DNA of 64,000 nucleotides from the human T2T-CHM13v2.0 reference genome, Homo sapiens (GCA_009914755.4 CP068257.2:40000001-40064000); one strand, 5' to 3'. Shown: positions 14,367-27,953, counted from the first letter of the stretch. Notes: generated from the letters alone by a model not told the origin. Program-made: numbers and translations.

Positions 14367-16114
14367 TAACCAGATGCTGTATTGAAGGTATGTGCCCATG
14401 TTTAGACACTCAACACAGCCTGTCCATTCATCCTGAAGCACTTCTGGTAGCATTTATGTGAATAGAGTTCTAGAACTTGGACTGTCCAATCAGAAGATGT
14501 GAACATTTTTAGCCTGGTGAGAAATGAAACAACTTGGTAGCATTCACACACCCATCCTCCTGCACACAGAGTGGGGACAGGGGGTGCAGTGTAGATCCCA
14601 AGGCACCGGGAGCATGAGAAGGAGAGTGTACAGGGGTTAGGGAAACCCCAGGAGGCTTCCTGGAGGAGGTGGGTTATGAGAAGGTGAGCTGGATGCACAG
14701 GGTCTGAAGGAGTAGGGGAGGGGGTCATCCAGACAAGAATCACCTGAGCAAAGCCTGGGCCCTTTACGGATCCCAAGGTCAAGGTCACAGGCTGCTCCTT
14801 ACAAATCGCATCATGCATATTTCTGCTGAGGAGGAAAAGATCTTGTAGCCAAGGCTGAAAATCGGGTCTAGTGTGCACCCTCAGTGGGCTGGGAGGAGGA
14901 AGCACTGGGCAAGAGGCACCATTGCAGGCATTCGGGAGATCAGACACAGGTTTGCTTTCCCGGGTGCAGCCTTGGTGGGGTCCCCAAGCTGCCCCAGTCA
15001 GGAGCAGACAGGGCCTCACAGTCCTGTCCCCGGAAGCAGGAAAAAAGGGAGGGAGAAAGAAAGAGAGGGAAGGAGGATGGGCAGGGGAGAGAGAAGAAGG
15101 AAGGGAGAAAGGGGAGAACGCATTGGCCTTCACACACTCCCTAGCAAGACCCAGAGAGTTTATGGCAACATATCATCATAGCCCCAGACTGAGACAGTCC
15201 AGAAGAGCATTCACAATGGAATCCCACAGCAGAGTACCACACCACCCAGCCATGAAGAAGAACAAAGTCCTGCTGCACAGAGCACCGGGCAGGGATGGGC
15301 ACACAGAGAGCCTGGGGCCAACAAGGTCCTCATTGCTCTGTGTTCCTTCCCAATCCCAGTCCCCTCCGCCCCACTCCTCTCTTTTCTACCCAGAGAACTT
15401 TTGCTGTAATAACTCTTTTGCTTTCCTTTATAATTTACCACCTAAGCATGTTTTCCGAAATAGAGGATTGCTTTTTTTCTCCAGCAGGTGTTTCTTTTTC
15501 TTAAGGCAACATGGAGGCAGGGCTTGTCAGTGCTGGCCACAGGGGTCTGCTTTGTGATCGCTATTGAGTTGTGTTTTGGTTTGTTTGTTTGTTTTGTGCA
15601 CGTTCTTCTATGTGTGTCGTTATTTAACAATAAAGAAGTTTCTCCACCTTTAAAAGTCTGAAAATTGTTGCTTTAGTCCACTGGCTACATTATACATAAA
15701 GTAGATCAGTGTACACCTGTATGTACTCTACTACATGCTTAGAGAGAGGGGGACCTAGGTTTACTCCTCTGCACTTACATGATGTCCCCATGTATGCAGT
15801 GCAGCAGGTCCCCAAATAACGTCATTTTATCCAATGTCATTGTATTACAATGTTGATGAGACAAAAGAAATCACTCCCCATCCAGGGGCCACTGTTTGTG
15901 TGGAGTCTGCACAGTCCCCCAGTGTCCACGCTAGTGTTCTCCTCTTGCAGCCCAAACTGTGCACATTAGGTGAATTCGCAGGTCTAAATTGTCCCCATCT
16001 GAGGGAACGTGGGTGTGGGTGCGCCCCTTGATGGAAGGGTGTCCTGTCCGTGCTGGCTCCCACCTTCCACTCAGAGTTGCCAGGAGAAGCTCCAGACACT
16101 CCACCCTGAACTGA

Positions 16115-16642
<528 letters not shown>

Positions 16643-16902
16643 TGATGGTAACCAGATCAGGGCAATGCACCCAGCCCTCATCTCAAGCATTTGTCATGTG
16701 TTTGTGTGGTAACATTCATATCCTCCCTGTAGCTATTTGAAACTCTATGATATATTATAATTAACCATAGTCATCCCACAGTTGTATAGAGCATGATGAC
16801 TTATTCCTCCTATCTAGCTGTAATTTTATGTCCTTTAACAAGTCTCTCTCTTTCCCCCTCTTCCCCCTATCCTTCCCAGCCTCCAACATCCCCTGTTCTA
16901 CT

Positions 16903-17256
<354 letters not shown>

Positions 17257-17289
17257 TGAGTGACAGCATGCAGGGTTTAGCTTTCTGTT

Positions 17290-17555
17290 CCTGGCTTGTT
17301 TCACTCAGCATCATGCTCTCCAGTTCCGTTTGTCTGGAGTGAGTGTGGATGTGGATCTGATCCTGCAATGGAAGGGCATTACCGTGAATGACAGGATCTC
17401 ATTCTTACATATGGCTGAATAGTATTCCATGGTGTATATACGCCCCGTTTTTCTTTATCCATTCATCTGTTGTTGGACACAAGCCAGGATTCCATATCTC
17501 AGCTATTGTGAATATTGCTCCAATAAACACTGGGAGTGCAGATGTCAGCAGAATA
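17290..17555 (-). mobile_element. L1 fragment (3' region of the ORF2 coding sequence), antisense
   Basis: ...ctgaatagtattccatggtgtatatacgccccgtttttctttatccattcatctgttgttggacacaagccaggattccatatctcagctattgtgaatattgctccaataaacactgggagtgcagatgtc. This matches the reverse complement of the conserved L1 ORF2 3' region. Confidence 0.7.
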
Positions 17556-18010
17556 AAACTAGGCCCCCACTTCTCACTGCATACAAAAGCCACCTGAAAA
17601 TGGATCAAAGACCTCAAAGGCAAGACCCAAAACTATAAAACTCCTAGAAAAAACAAAACAGGGAAATGCTTTAGGACATTGGTCTGGGAAAAGATTTTAC
17701 AAATAAGACCTCAAAAGCACAGGCAACAAAAGCAAAAATAAACAAATGGGATTATGTCAAACTAAAAAGCTTCTGCAGAGCGAAGGAAACAATCTACAAA
17801 ATGAAAATACAATCTACAGAATAGGAGAAAATATTTGTAAAGTATTCATCTGATGAAAGATTAGTATCCAGAATATACAAGGAACTCAAACACCTCAAGA
17901 GCAAAACAACAACAAAACCAATTCAATTTAAAAATGGGCAAATGATGTGACAGACATTTCCGAGAATAAGACATACAAATGGCCAACACATACATGAAAA
18001 AAGGTAAAGA
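17556..18010 (+). mobile_element. L1 fragment (ORF2 coding region), sense; ancient, with many substitutions
   Basis: ...aaaataaacaaatgggattatgtcaaactaaaaagcttctgcagagcgaaggaaacaatctacaaaatgaaaa...tattcatctgatgaaagattagtatccagaatatacaaggaactcaaaca...aaaaatgggcaaatgatgtgacagacatttccgagaataagacatacaaatggccaacacatacatgaaaaaag. This parallels the L1 ORF2 sense strand. Confidence 0.7.
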
Positions 18011-18399
18011 AGGCAGATTTCTGCCTTTCTGTCACGGGTGGTGACTAGCTAGGGCTGGTGTCGCAGGTGGTAAAGGTATTTGCCAAGAGAGTAGTAGGTA
18101 AAGAAAGGCAGATTTATTAGAGAAGGTATGAGAATATGTTGCAAGGTTGCAAGGTTGCAATGGGCTGTCTACAAAAAGGCAGGGGCTGGAGGGAAGTTTT
18201 ATAGGGTCATGCTGGAGGGGCCAACAAAAGGAGGTCATGCTGCTGGGGCCACCAGGAACTAGGTCATTGTCATCCTGTCATCCGGTTGTTTGTGATTGGC
18301 CATCTCTCAGAATAATTGTTCGTTGTTATTCCCCACCTGGGGCCCTTCCCCACCTGGGGTCCCTCCTGATTGTTGCTTACTTATCTTATCAGGACTCCA

Positions 18400-18735
18400 C
18401 ACTTTCCCTGATGAGTGTCCTTGGTGCCTTTGTCAAATATCGGATCACTATAGATACATGGATTAATTTCTGTCGATAATTTGTTTCATTGGTCTATGTG
18501 TTTGTTTCTATGCCAGTGCCATGCTGTTTTGGTTACTATAGGCTTGCAATATATTTCGAAGTCAGGCAGTGTGATGTCTCCAGCTTTGTTCTTTTTGCTC
18601 AGGATTTCTTTGGCTATTTGGGGTCTTTTGGGGTTCCATACAAATTTTAAGATTTTTTTTTCTATTCCTGTGAACTATTTTGACAGAGATTGTACCAAAT
18701 CTGCAGATTGCTTTCAATAGTGTTACTAGTTTTTA
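18400..18735 (-). mobile_element. L1 fragment (5' part of ORF2), antisense
   Basis: ttcattggtctatgtgtttgtttctatgccagtgccatgctgttttggttactataggcttgcaatatatttcgaagtcaggcagtgtgatgtctccagctttgttctttttgctcaggatttctttggctatttggggtcttttggggttccatacaaattttaagatttttttttctattcctgtgaactattttgacagagattgt. This is a classic antisense L1 string. Confidence 0.8.
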
Positions 18736-18815
18736 ATTTTTCTTAAATGTATGAAAAGCTCATATTTGTTTCGATGTTTAATATTAGAAGTGTTTTGATC
18801 TTTATTTCAAAATTT

Positions 18816-19125
18816 GGGCCAGGTGTGATGGCTTATGCCTATAATCCCAGCACTTTCGGAGGCCAAGGGAGGAGGATTGCTTGAGACCAGGAGTTGAGAC
18901 CAGACCTCATCTCTACAAAAATTTAAAAATTAGCTGGGTGCTGTGGCATGTGTCTGTGGTCCCAGCTACTTGGGGAGGCTGAGGTGGGAGGATCACTTGA
19001 GCCTGGAAGGTGGAGGATAGAGTGAGCCATGATTGTGCCACTGCACTCCAGCCTGGGCAGCAGAGGGAGATACTGTTTCAAAAAAACAAAAAGCAAAAAA
19101 ATAAATAAATAAATAAAAATAAGAC
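18816..19125 (+). mobile_element. Alu SINE, full length, with a long A-rich/(AAAT)n tail
   Basis: ggccaggtgtgatggcttatgcctataatcccagcactttcggaggccaagggaggagg...gcactccagcctgggcagcagagggagatactgtttcaaaaaaacaaaaagcaaaaaaataaataaataaataaaaataag. Confidence 0.9.
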
Positions 19126-19138
19126 CAACAATAAAAAT

Positions 19139-19660
19139 TTGGCGATGTTTTCGCGACCAAAAATATGCCTTAAGAACTTAACTCTTGTTTACGTCAACTA
19201 ACCTGTGGTGAACTGGTTGCATTATATGTCATTTTGCCGAAAGTCACAGTTTCCAAGAACCTATCAAGCAAGTTAAGTGAAGACTTACTGTACATACCTA
19301 TAAGAAAAAGCAACAACAAAATGGGGAGACGCCCCGACACATGGGGGTACGCCTACGTGGAAGGTTGCAGAATCGCTGCTCTCAAAGTTCCGTGTCAGGC
19401 CGCCTACCCTGATGCTGTTTCCTTGTCCACGTGAGTCAGTTCTGCAGAGGCCTGGCCTGGCAAGCGCAGCCGTGACTTCTCGCTAATCTTCCTGAGAAGC
19501 CGCTCCACCATCCATTCATCCTTAAGAACCCCGGGTGACTCATGACGCTCTGCACAGGACAGTTGAGAATTTATGGGGCAATATGTTTGCCTTCACAAGC
19601 CGTCTAAGCAATGATGAGCAATTCAGGCAGCTATGATTAAAAAGAAAAAAAAAAATGTTT
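19139..19660 (+). other. CpG-retaining ~520-bp segment ending in poly(A), directly after the Alu tail; origin unknown (candidate young retroposed sequence or germline-unmethylated element)
   Basis: About 20 CpG dinucleotides in ~500 bp at only ~47% G+C (cgcg, tacgtc, gacgccccgac, tacgcctacgtgg, aatcgctg, ccgtgtc, ggccgcc, cacgtgag, gcgcagccgtgac, tcgcta, agccgctcc, cccgggt, gacgctc, gccgtct). It ends in ...cagctatgattaaaaagaaaaaaaaaaatg. Confidence 0.4.
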
Positions 19661-20249
19661 TCCATCATCCAGTTCTCCTGAAGAAGCCAAAAACACCGAG
19701 GGCTTGAGGTTGTGTTGACAGAATCTTAGCCAACTCCTTCCTAGGGATTTAAACTGTTGCACCATCAATCATTTGCAGAATTCATGGCGATTATCATTTA
19801 CAACCACAGTTTGAGAGTCAAAATGATCAACCTCAGTCAATACCTACACATGAATTGATGGTCTCAGTCATTTGCCCTAAAGCTGGAATTCTATTTTATT
19901 TTTTGACCTCTCCCTCTCCCGAAAAGACAAATCCCAAGTACACATATCAAGGTGTGGTTCAATCCGAGGTCCGTCTCCCCTTGGGGTGCCAAATGCGTCT
20001 GGGGGTTCTCCCTCCCTGGGCCGGCTCCACACGGTCGTGGAGCCTACCTTGCCCTGCCCCTCACCCTGTCCCTTGTGCTTCCCTCTCCCTGGAAGCGAGG
20101 CCTGGGCTGTCCCAGGGAAGGATCCAGCAGGAGAGGGTGGCAGGGCCGGCCTGGGCTGGGCTGCAGCTGCTGTCGTGGTTGCCATCCTCGGCATGCGTTC
20201 GCTGAGGCTGCCGCGGTAAAGCACCACAAACCGGGGACTTAAAGTCACA

Positions 20250-20650
20250 GAAATTGATCCTCCCAGAGTGCTGGAGGCCGAAAGTTTGCCATCAAGGTGA
20301 CTGCAGGGCTGGTTTCATAGGAAGGCTCTGGGAGAATCGGTCCCTGCCTTTCTCCAGCTTCAGTGGCTCCAGCAATCCCTGGCTCTCCTTGGCTCATGGC
20401 CACGTCACTCTCTGCCTGCATCTTCACGTGGCCTCCTCCTCTCTGTCTCGATGTGACATTTTCTGTCTCCAATAAGGACACTCATTGGATTTAGGGCCCA
20501 CTACAGCCCAGTATGACCTCTTCTTAATTTCACTACAACTGCAAAGAGCTGATTTCTAAATAAGTGCACATTCACAGGTACTGGAGATTGTGAGCATGTC
20601 TTTTTGAATATTTCTTTTTAGGGGACACAATTCAACCACTACATCCTCCC
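20250..20650 (+). mobile_element. MLT1-type (MaLR) LTR, sense
   Basis: ...ggctctccttggctcatggccacgtcactctctgcctgcatcttcacgtggcctcctcctctctgtctcgatgtgacattttctgtctccaataaggacactcattggatttagggcccactacagcccagtatgacctcttcttaatttcactacaactgcaaagagctgatttctaaataagtgcacattcacaggtactggag...tttaggggacacaattcaaccactaca. Confidence 0.7.
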
Positions 20651-22694
20651 ACAGAGGAGAGCTGAGGCAGGTCTGGCATGGGGGCCCAGGCAGGACTGGA
20701 GGAGGGCAACAGCCAGTGGGGGCACTTGGAGAGGCCTTGCCCCCACACAGCAGGAGTGTGGGATGATGTTTAGGATCCTGGCAGTCCATGAGCTCTTGGA
20801 GGGAGGGTGGATTATGTCCTTTCCTGAGAGTGGGTAAGCGTGGAGGTGGCACCTCCCTGGCAGCAGTGAGCAGGGGCAGATGGGAAGATGTGTGGGAAAG
20901 GGTTGCTTTGCCGCTGTGCCTGCGGGGATACCAGGAGAGGAGTGGGGGGCAGTGGATGTTCCTGAGCTGGCCCTGCGGAAGAGGAGATGGGGTTACCGGA
21001 AGAATGTGTCTACCAGAGCTGCTGCATGAGGGCACAGGTGACCCTCTGGAAGAGACAAGGGACACCGGGTGTCCTGCCCTGAGGTTTGGGGGTGGGGCAT
21101 GATTCCACCTGTAACCACAGCGAACAAGAGAAATAGGCCCAGCTATGCAGCTGATGGCAGCTGGCACAGTGCCTGGCCTGAGGGAGGAGCTCCTTCAAGC
21201 AGTGGCTTGACTCATGACCTGGGAAGAGGCAGGGGGTGGGGGAGGCATCAAAATAGCGTTTCTGAGCTGCAGGGGGGCTTTGGTTTGTCCTGTGTCAGGA
21301 GTGCCAGAGGTGCTCTCTGGAGGATTGAGGCAGAGGCAGATGAGCGCCAGCCCGCATGGAGGCAACGTGTCTGGGGACACCCAGCGGACAGGGCAGCAGC
21401 CCTGATGCTTGGAGTCCTTGAGCAAACATCTCGATCCTGTGATGAGTGCACGACACCCAGTCTCTGTGTGGTTGATGGGGCTGGGTGGAGGCCAGGGTGG
21501 GTCTCACCTCCGGCTCACAATTGTTTGCCACTGACTTGTGAACACACCAGCAGTCAGGAGCCCCTTCAGGTGCTTTGGATTGAAGCTTAGACAATTCGCT
21601 CTCTTTAAGAAAAATAATATAAAGTCATTAAATCAAAGTAAGATACAAATATGAGTTCCTATTTAGAATGTGAATAAATCACCAGAAAGTGTTAGCGCCA
21701 TGGAGATTCAGGTCTCTTCCTCTGTCCTTCTGCAATCTCTTTTAAATAGATTGAATTCTGGCATCCTCTCCTCACCTACAACCCTCTATAGCTCCCAGAA
21801 GCTCTGGGTGCTCCCTGGGTTGGAGTAGATTGGGCCCCTGGAACTTCAGCTCATTCGCTTCCAGGTACAGCCCCTGCCACCTGCAAAGGGGAGGGTTATT
21901 TCAGGCCAGGTGTGGGTATCAAGGGCTGAGCTCCACTGTGGGCTCAGGCAGATCCTCTGTGCCAAGAGGTTTGGAGGCTCCTCCACCTGGGCACCAGGCC
22001 CAGCTGGAAGGCAGTGACCAACTTCCTCTTGCACCTGTCAGCCTTCACTTGCTCCCCTCAGACCTAACGCCAGAGAGGAGGACTCCCTCCAGCAGCAAAC
22101 ATGCAATTACGTCCCCTCCTTCTGACCTAGCTCAAGAACTCCACTGGCAGCTCATTAAGTCAGGGGCAGCTTGAAAGTCGCTGCTCTGAATGCCACAGTT
22201 TTATGTCACTTGTAAGAAGGGTTGGGGGCGGGTAATCACAGCCCTCTGCACCAGACGAAAGGTGCGCAGGGAAAGGGTAGGTGTAATTGGGGGCCCCTGC
22301 AGCTCCTCTCCACAGAGCAGAGTCACGCCCCAGGTTAGACTCTCCCCAGAACTGCTAGCCTGGCCGGGGCCTGCCAGTTGACTTGGGGAAAAGGCAGAGG
22401 TGGAGGCCTGGGAAACTGGGAGGCTGTGGGCCGCCATCCTCAGCTCCCCACCGCTCCTGAGCACCCCTTTCTCCGTCTGTCACTCTCCTCTCCTGCTCTG
22501 TGCCTGTACATCCAAGCCTGGGTCCTGTGTGGGCTGCTGGGGAAGAGGAAAGAGGGGCTCCTCCTTCTAAACACCCCACACGTAAGCGTGGCTGCTTTCA
22601 GTATTTCATTGAATTGCCTGCTACAGTGGGGATTTGGGCAGGATCCCAAATATCTTCCTTGTGTCCCAGAATCCTGTTCATTTTTCTATCTGTG

Positions 22695-23060
22695 CATCCA
22701 TCCACCCATGCGCCATCCATTATCCATTTGTCCATCCATCCATCCACTCACATTGATCCACCATCCATCACTCTTTCATCATCTGTCCATCCATCCACTC
22801 ATCTGTTCATACACCCTCTATCTATTTATCATCCCTCCATCCTTTCATCGTCCATTCACCATCCATCATTCATCTGTCACCCATCGGTCCATTATTCATC
22901 CATCATTAGCCCAACTGTCCATCCATCCATTCATCATCCACCCACCATCCATCACTCTCCATTATCTGTCCATCTGTTTATTCATCTCTCCATCTATTCA
23001 TCCTCCATCCATCCCTCTATCCATCTACCACCCATTCATTCATCATCCGTCCATCTCATG
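22695..23060. repeat. Degenerate (CCAT)n/(ATGG)n-derived simple-repeat array, ~365 bp
   Basis: catccatccacccatgcgccatccattatccatttgtccatccatccatccactcacattgatccaccatccatcac...catccatccctctatccatctaccacccattcattcatcatccgtccatctc. The track ORFs here are rich in IHPS and HPSI. Confidence 0.9.
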
Positions 23061-24737
23061 GAAAAGTCTTATGCACCTGCTAACATGCATGCCAGGAGCT
23101 GCGCTTGTCCCTGAAGCTACAGAGGCTTTTGAGACCAGGGTCTTGCCCCTCATGGTGCCACTGCTCTACTGGGGAAGCAGACAGAGCAGATTGAATGGGC
23201 CCAGCGACAGTCATGGGGCACAAGCGGTGCCATGATCCTGGAGCAGCCACTGAGCTGCCCCTCCTCCTTCCTTCTCCCGGCCTGTCTCTTAGCAGCCCTG
23301 CACTCAGAGTTGGGTGCACCCCCAACCCCACTGTCCCCTCCCCTGCTCCGCAGCCTGGGACCGGTTCCTGGGAACCTGCAGGTGGAGGACTCATGGCCCC
23401 AGGCAGGGTGATTACCCGCCTCACCCCTGCCAGTCTCCACAAGACTTCCCCTGAGGCCCAGCTCAAGAATGCACTGCATTTTTCTCATCTCAATAAAGGT
23501 ACAAAGGGTACTTCTGGAGCCAGGAAGCCAAGAAATCACGCCCTTTCAGGTGCATTCTTGGCTGCTGTGTTGAGGATTCTTTTTAGGGGGTTGGTAATGC
23601 TGCTTTATTGGATAATTTACCTCTTTGACTCAGGCCTGAGGAACGCCAGTCCGCCCCCTCCATCCTAACCTGCAGAACCCTCAGCCTGTGACTCTGGTAA
23701 CAAGGAGGACCTCAGTTAATCAAGGCAGGGAGGGATGTGGAAGAGCAGGTTGGGAAGAGGGAGGCCCACCCAGCAAGGGGGGCAGTGAGATAAGGAACTG
23801 AGACCCTGTGAAGCCAAGTGGCTTGAAGCAAAGTGGCTTGAAGCCCCACATGGTGATGGCAGAGAGAGTGCTCTCGGGGCTGCAGCAACTATTGATTTCA
23901 TCACTTTCCTTTGCAATGTTGGCTTGTGGACACACCAGCCAGGTGGCCTAAGGATAAACCTTGGCCTTCAAATCTTGAAATTCACCCTTTCCCAGTTCCA
24001 GCTTTGACACATTGAGTGACTTAGGGGGAGTCACTTGGCTTGCCCCAGTCTGGGCGTCCTTGTTTTGAAAATGAGTCGGTTACAGCTGTGAGCTCATAGT
24101 GTGTCGTGAGAACCGGTGACTTACTAATGCTTATGAATTCACGGTTGGGCTCTCTGAGAGCTCGGGCAGGGCACACCATACAAGGCACCAGGCCCTCGGG
24201 GCGGTGAGGAGGGAAGATCAGGGGAGGGAATGTTTCCCCTGTGTGCCCAGCCCCGTGCCCCTCTAGGGCCTGCTCCCAGTGCCCTGTGACCTTGGGCAAT
24301 AAATGTTGCTATTAATGGTACATCTGTCTTGCCTGCTGGAACGTCAAGCAGTTTCACAGCATCAATCAAAGGCTTTGAGCTTCTGGGAGAAGGCGCCAAG
24401 GAGCTCCAAGGTGTTATTAGAAGTAATTGGGTCTGCAATTGGGGAAACCTTCAAAGCTGCCAGACTTAGTTTACTTTACCCACTTTCTCTCTTTCACCTT
24501 TCTCCTCCCCCCACTACCTTGCTATTGCCCTCCTTTCCCTCTGCCTCCTCCAACAATTCTTTCTCATCCTGTCTCACCCGCAAGTTGCTCTCACACTTTC
24601 CCTGCCAGCGTAAGAACCACCCCCAGCCCCCACAGCCAATAGTCTGATTCTACAGTGATGGACCCTCAGACAACCAGGACTGGCAGGAACCCCGGAGAGC
24701 ATGGAATCCAAACCTCAAACCAGAGAGGTGAAGGTTG

Positions 24738-25300
24738 TCCATCCATCCATCCATCTATCCATCCATTCATCCATTCATCCACCCATTCATTCATCCATTT
24801 ATCATCCATCCATCTATCCATCTACCCACTCCATCATCCATCTTTTTGTCTATTTATCCATCATCCCTCTATATATCCATTCATACATCCATCCTCTCCA
24901 TTTATCATCCACTGATCAATCCACCATCCATCCATCCATTTATCCATTCATTCATCTACCCACTCATCCATCTATCCTTCCACCCACTCTACCATCCATC
25001 TTTTCATCTATCTATTCTTCCATCATCCTTCTATACATCCACCTGTCCATCATCCATCCACCAGCCAGCCACTCCATTCATCATCCATCCATCCATCCAT
25101 TCATCTACCCACTCCATCCACCATCCATTCATCTTCTCATCCACCCATCCATCATCCATCCATTCATCCACCCACTCCATCCATCCACTCATCCACCTGC
25201 TCCATCCATCCATCCACTCACCCATCCATCTATTCATTAATCCATTCATTCATGTATCTATCTACCCACTCATCCATTCATCCTTCCACCCACCATCCAG
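24738..25300. repeat. Degenerate (CCAT)n/(ATGG)n-derived simple-repeat array, ~560 bp, same strand as the array at 22695–23060
   Basis: tccatccatccatccatctatccatccattcatccattcatccacccattcattcatccatttatcatccatccatctatcc...catccatccatccatccattcatctacccactccatccaccatcc... Confidence 0.9.
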
Positions 25301-26091
25301 TGCTGACTCTGCCAGGCCTATGTTTCTTCTAAACATACCCAGATAAAGAATTTAGGCCTGCCTCTAAAGTCTAGTCAAGATGCAAAAAACAGGACTCCCC
25401 TGGTAGGACAAATGTGGGACAATGCCCTGGCTTCTTACAGGGAGCCCCTTATCCTGCCCTACACAGCCCTGTGGGGCCTTTCTTCATTCTCATTGCCCTG
25501 ACTCACACTCCATGTTGTTCCTCGCAGGGGTTGGGGTGAAGGGGCAGGGGGTTGACTCCAATGCTCCCCTCCCTGTTCTTCTGACCTCATGACTCCTGAA
25601 TGCTCTCTGCTGGGGAGATCATGTGCAGACAGGTAAATATGGGTCCTGGAGAAAGAATCAAAGGTGGGGGCAGTTTCATGAGAGGGAGGTCCAGCAAAGG
25701 GAGAGTAAGCAGAGAGGACCGCCAGCTCTGCTGGTCCCTCCTCTGCCCACAGTGGGTTCTGAGGACCCTCTGTCATCTTTGACACACATCAAAGTCCTGG
25801 GGAAGGCAACAAGTTCCCAGGGAGCAGGACCGCCCAGAGTGGCCCAGGCACTATCTGCATCAGAATCTGGAATCACAGAGGAGCTTGTTAAAAGCATGCA
25901 TATGTCTGGGCCCGGCCCCTTCGAATTAGGATCTAGGCCAGGCCCAGGAATCTGCATGTTAACAAATTCCCAATGTTCTTTGTACACAGTGTTTGAGAAC
26001 AGTGGCTCCAGAAGCTCAGTGTGTGGTTGAGGGTGGGATGTTCCCAAACACCCTGAAGCTGATAGTGCCACAGCCTTGCCTATGTGGCTGA

Positions 26092-27006
<915 letters not shown>

Positions 27007-27953
27007 TAATGTGCCATGCATACTCTAGACCCTGCGAAAGGACTCACCTCAAGGAATTCACATTCTCGACGGGGAGACAGACACAAAGAAATAAGCAGGT
27101 AAATCTGGGAAGCCTCCTATGGTAGTAAGTCCTTTGGAAAAGATGAAGCTGGGGAGAGAGATTGAGAGGGTCAGAATTTTAAATTGGGTATTCAGGTGAG
27201 ATTTGAGCAGAGGCCTAAAGAGGTGTGGGAACACCCCAAGCAGGTAGCTGGGAGAAAAGAAGGTTAGGCTGGGAGACCAGTAAGTGCAAAAGTCCTAAAG
27301 CAGGACTGTGCTTGTGGCGTTTGACAACAGCAAAAGGCATGTGACCTGAGGTCAGAGAAGAAGCAGAAATGACAAACTACCCCCACACTGCACAGCTGAA
27401 AACAACCCATTTTATTTCTTCATGAGTCTGCAATCTGGGCTGGGCTCGTCTGGGCAGCTCTTCTGCTGGTCTTGCTGGTGGCCCTCCATGTGGCTGCTGT
27501 TAGCTGGGATGTCAGCTGGGCTGGCCAGAATGGGGGTGCTGGGATGACTGGATTTCTCTCTCTATGTCTCTCCATGTGGTCCCAGGGCCTCTCTCCCTTC
27601 TGTGGCCTTTCTGTGTGTTCTCTCCATGAAACTTTTGGCAGGATAGCTGGCCTTCTTATGTGGTGGTTCAGAGCTCCCAAGAGTGCAAAAGTGGAGGCTG
27701 CCAAGTCTTCTCAAGGCTTAGGCCCATAAGTGGCACAGCACCACTTCTGCCACATTTAATTTATTAAAGTGAGTCCCAGGGTCCACCACATTTAGGGGGA
27801 GAGGACCGTGTAAGGGCATGAATGTTCAAGATGTGTGTTCTGCAGTGGGCAGGTCTATGCAAACCTACCTCCAAAGTCTGAGGAAGCTGAGAGGCTGAAG
27901 AAAGAGGCTGAAAAATCCAGTTTCTTAGAAAGAAATATTTATTTATTCATTAA

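Noticed and set aside
14402-15133. 243-aa minus-strand ORF and overlapping 228-aa plus-strand ORF
   Set aside because: Low-complexity S/P/L-rich and R/E/G/K-rich translations of a GC-rich, purine/pyrimidine-skewed segment (agggagggagaaagaaagagagggaaggagg). No recognisable protein family. Antisense-overlapping long ORFs in GC-rich DNA are expected by chance.
17290-18010. Possible L1 twin-priming 5' inversion
   Set aside because: The inverted piece maps 3' of the sense piece in L1 coordinates, and the sense piece lacks a poly(A). Twin priming predicts the opposite arrangement.
22378-25346. ORFs of 204–285 aa and 179–203 aa encoding IHPSIHPS-type proteins
   Set aside because: They are direct translations of the degenerate (CCAT)n arrays. 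The same applies to the minus-strand W/M/D/E-rich ORF at 25031–25249.
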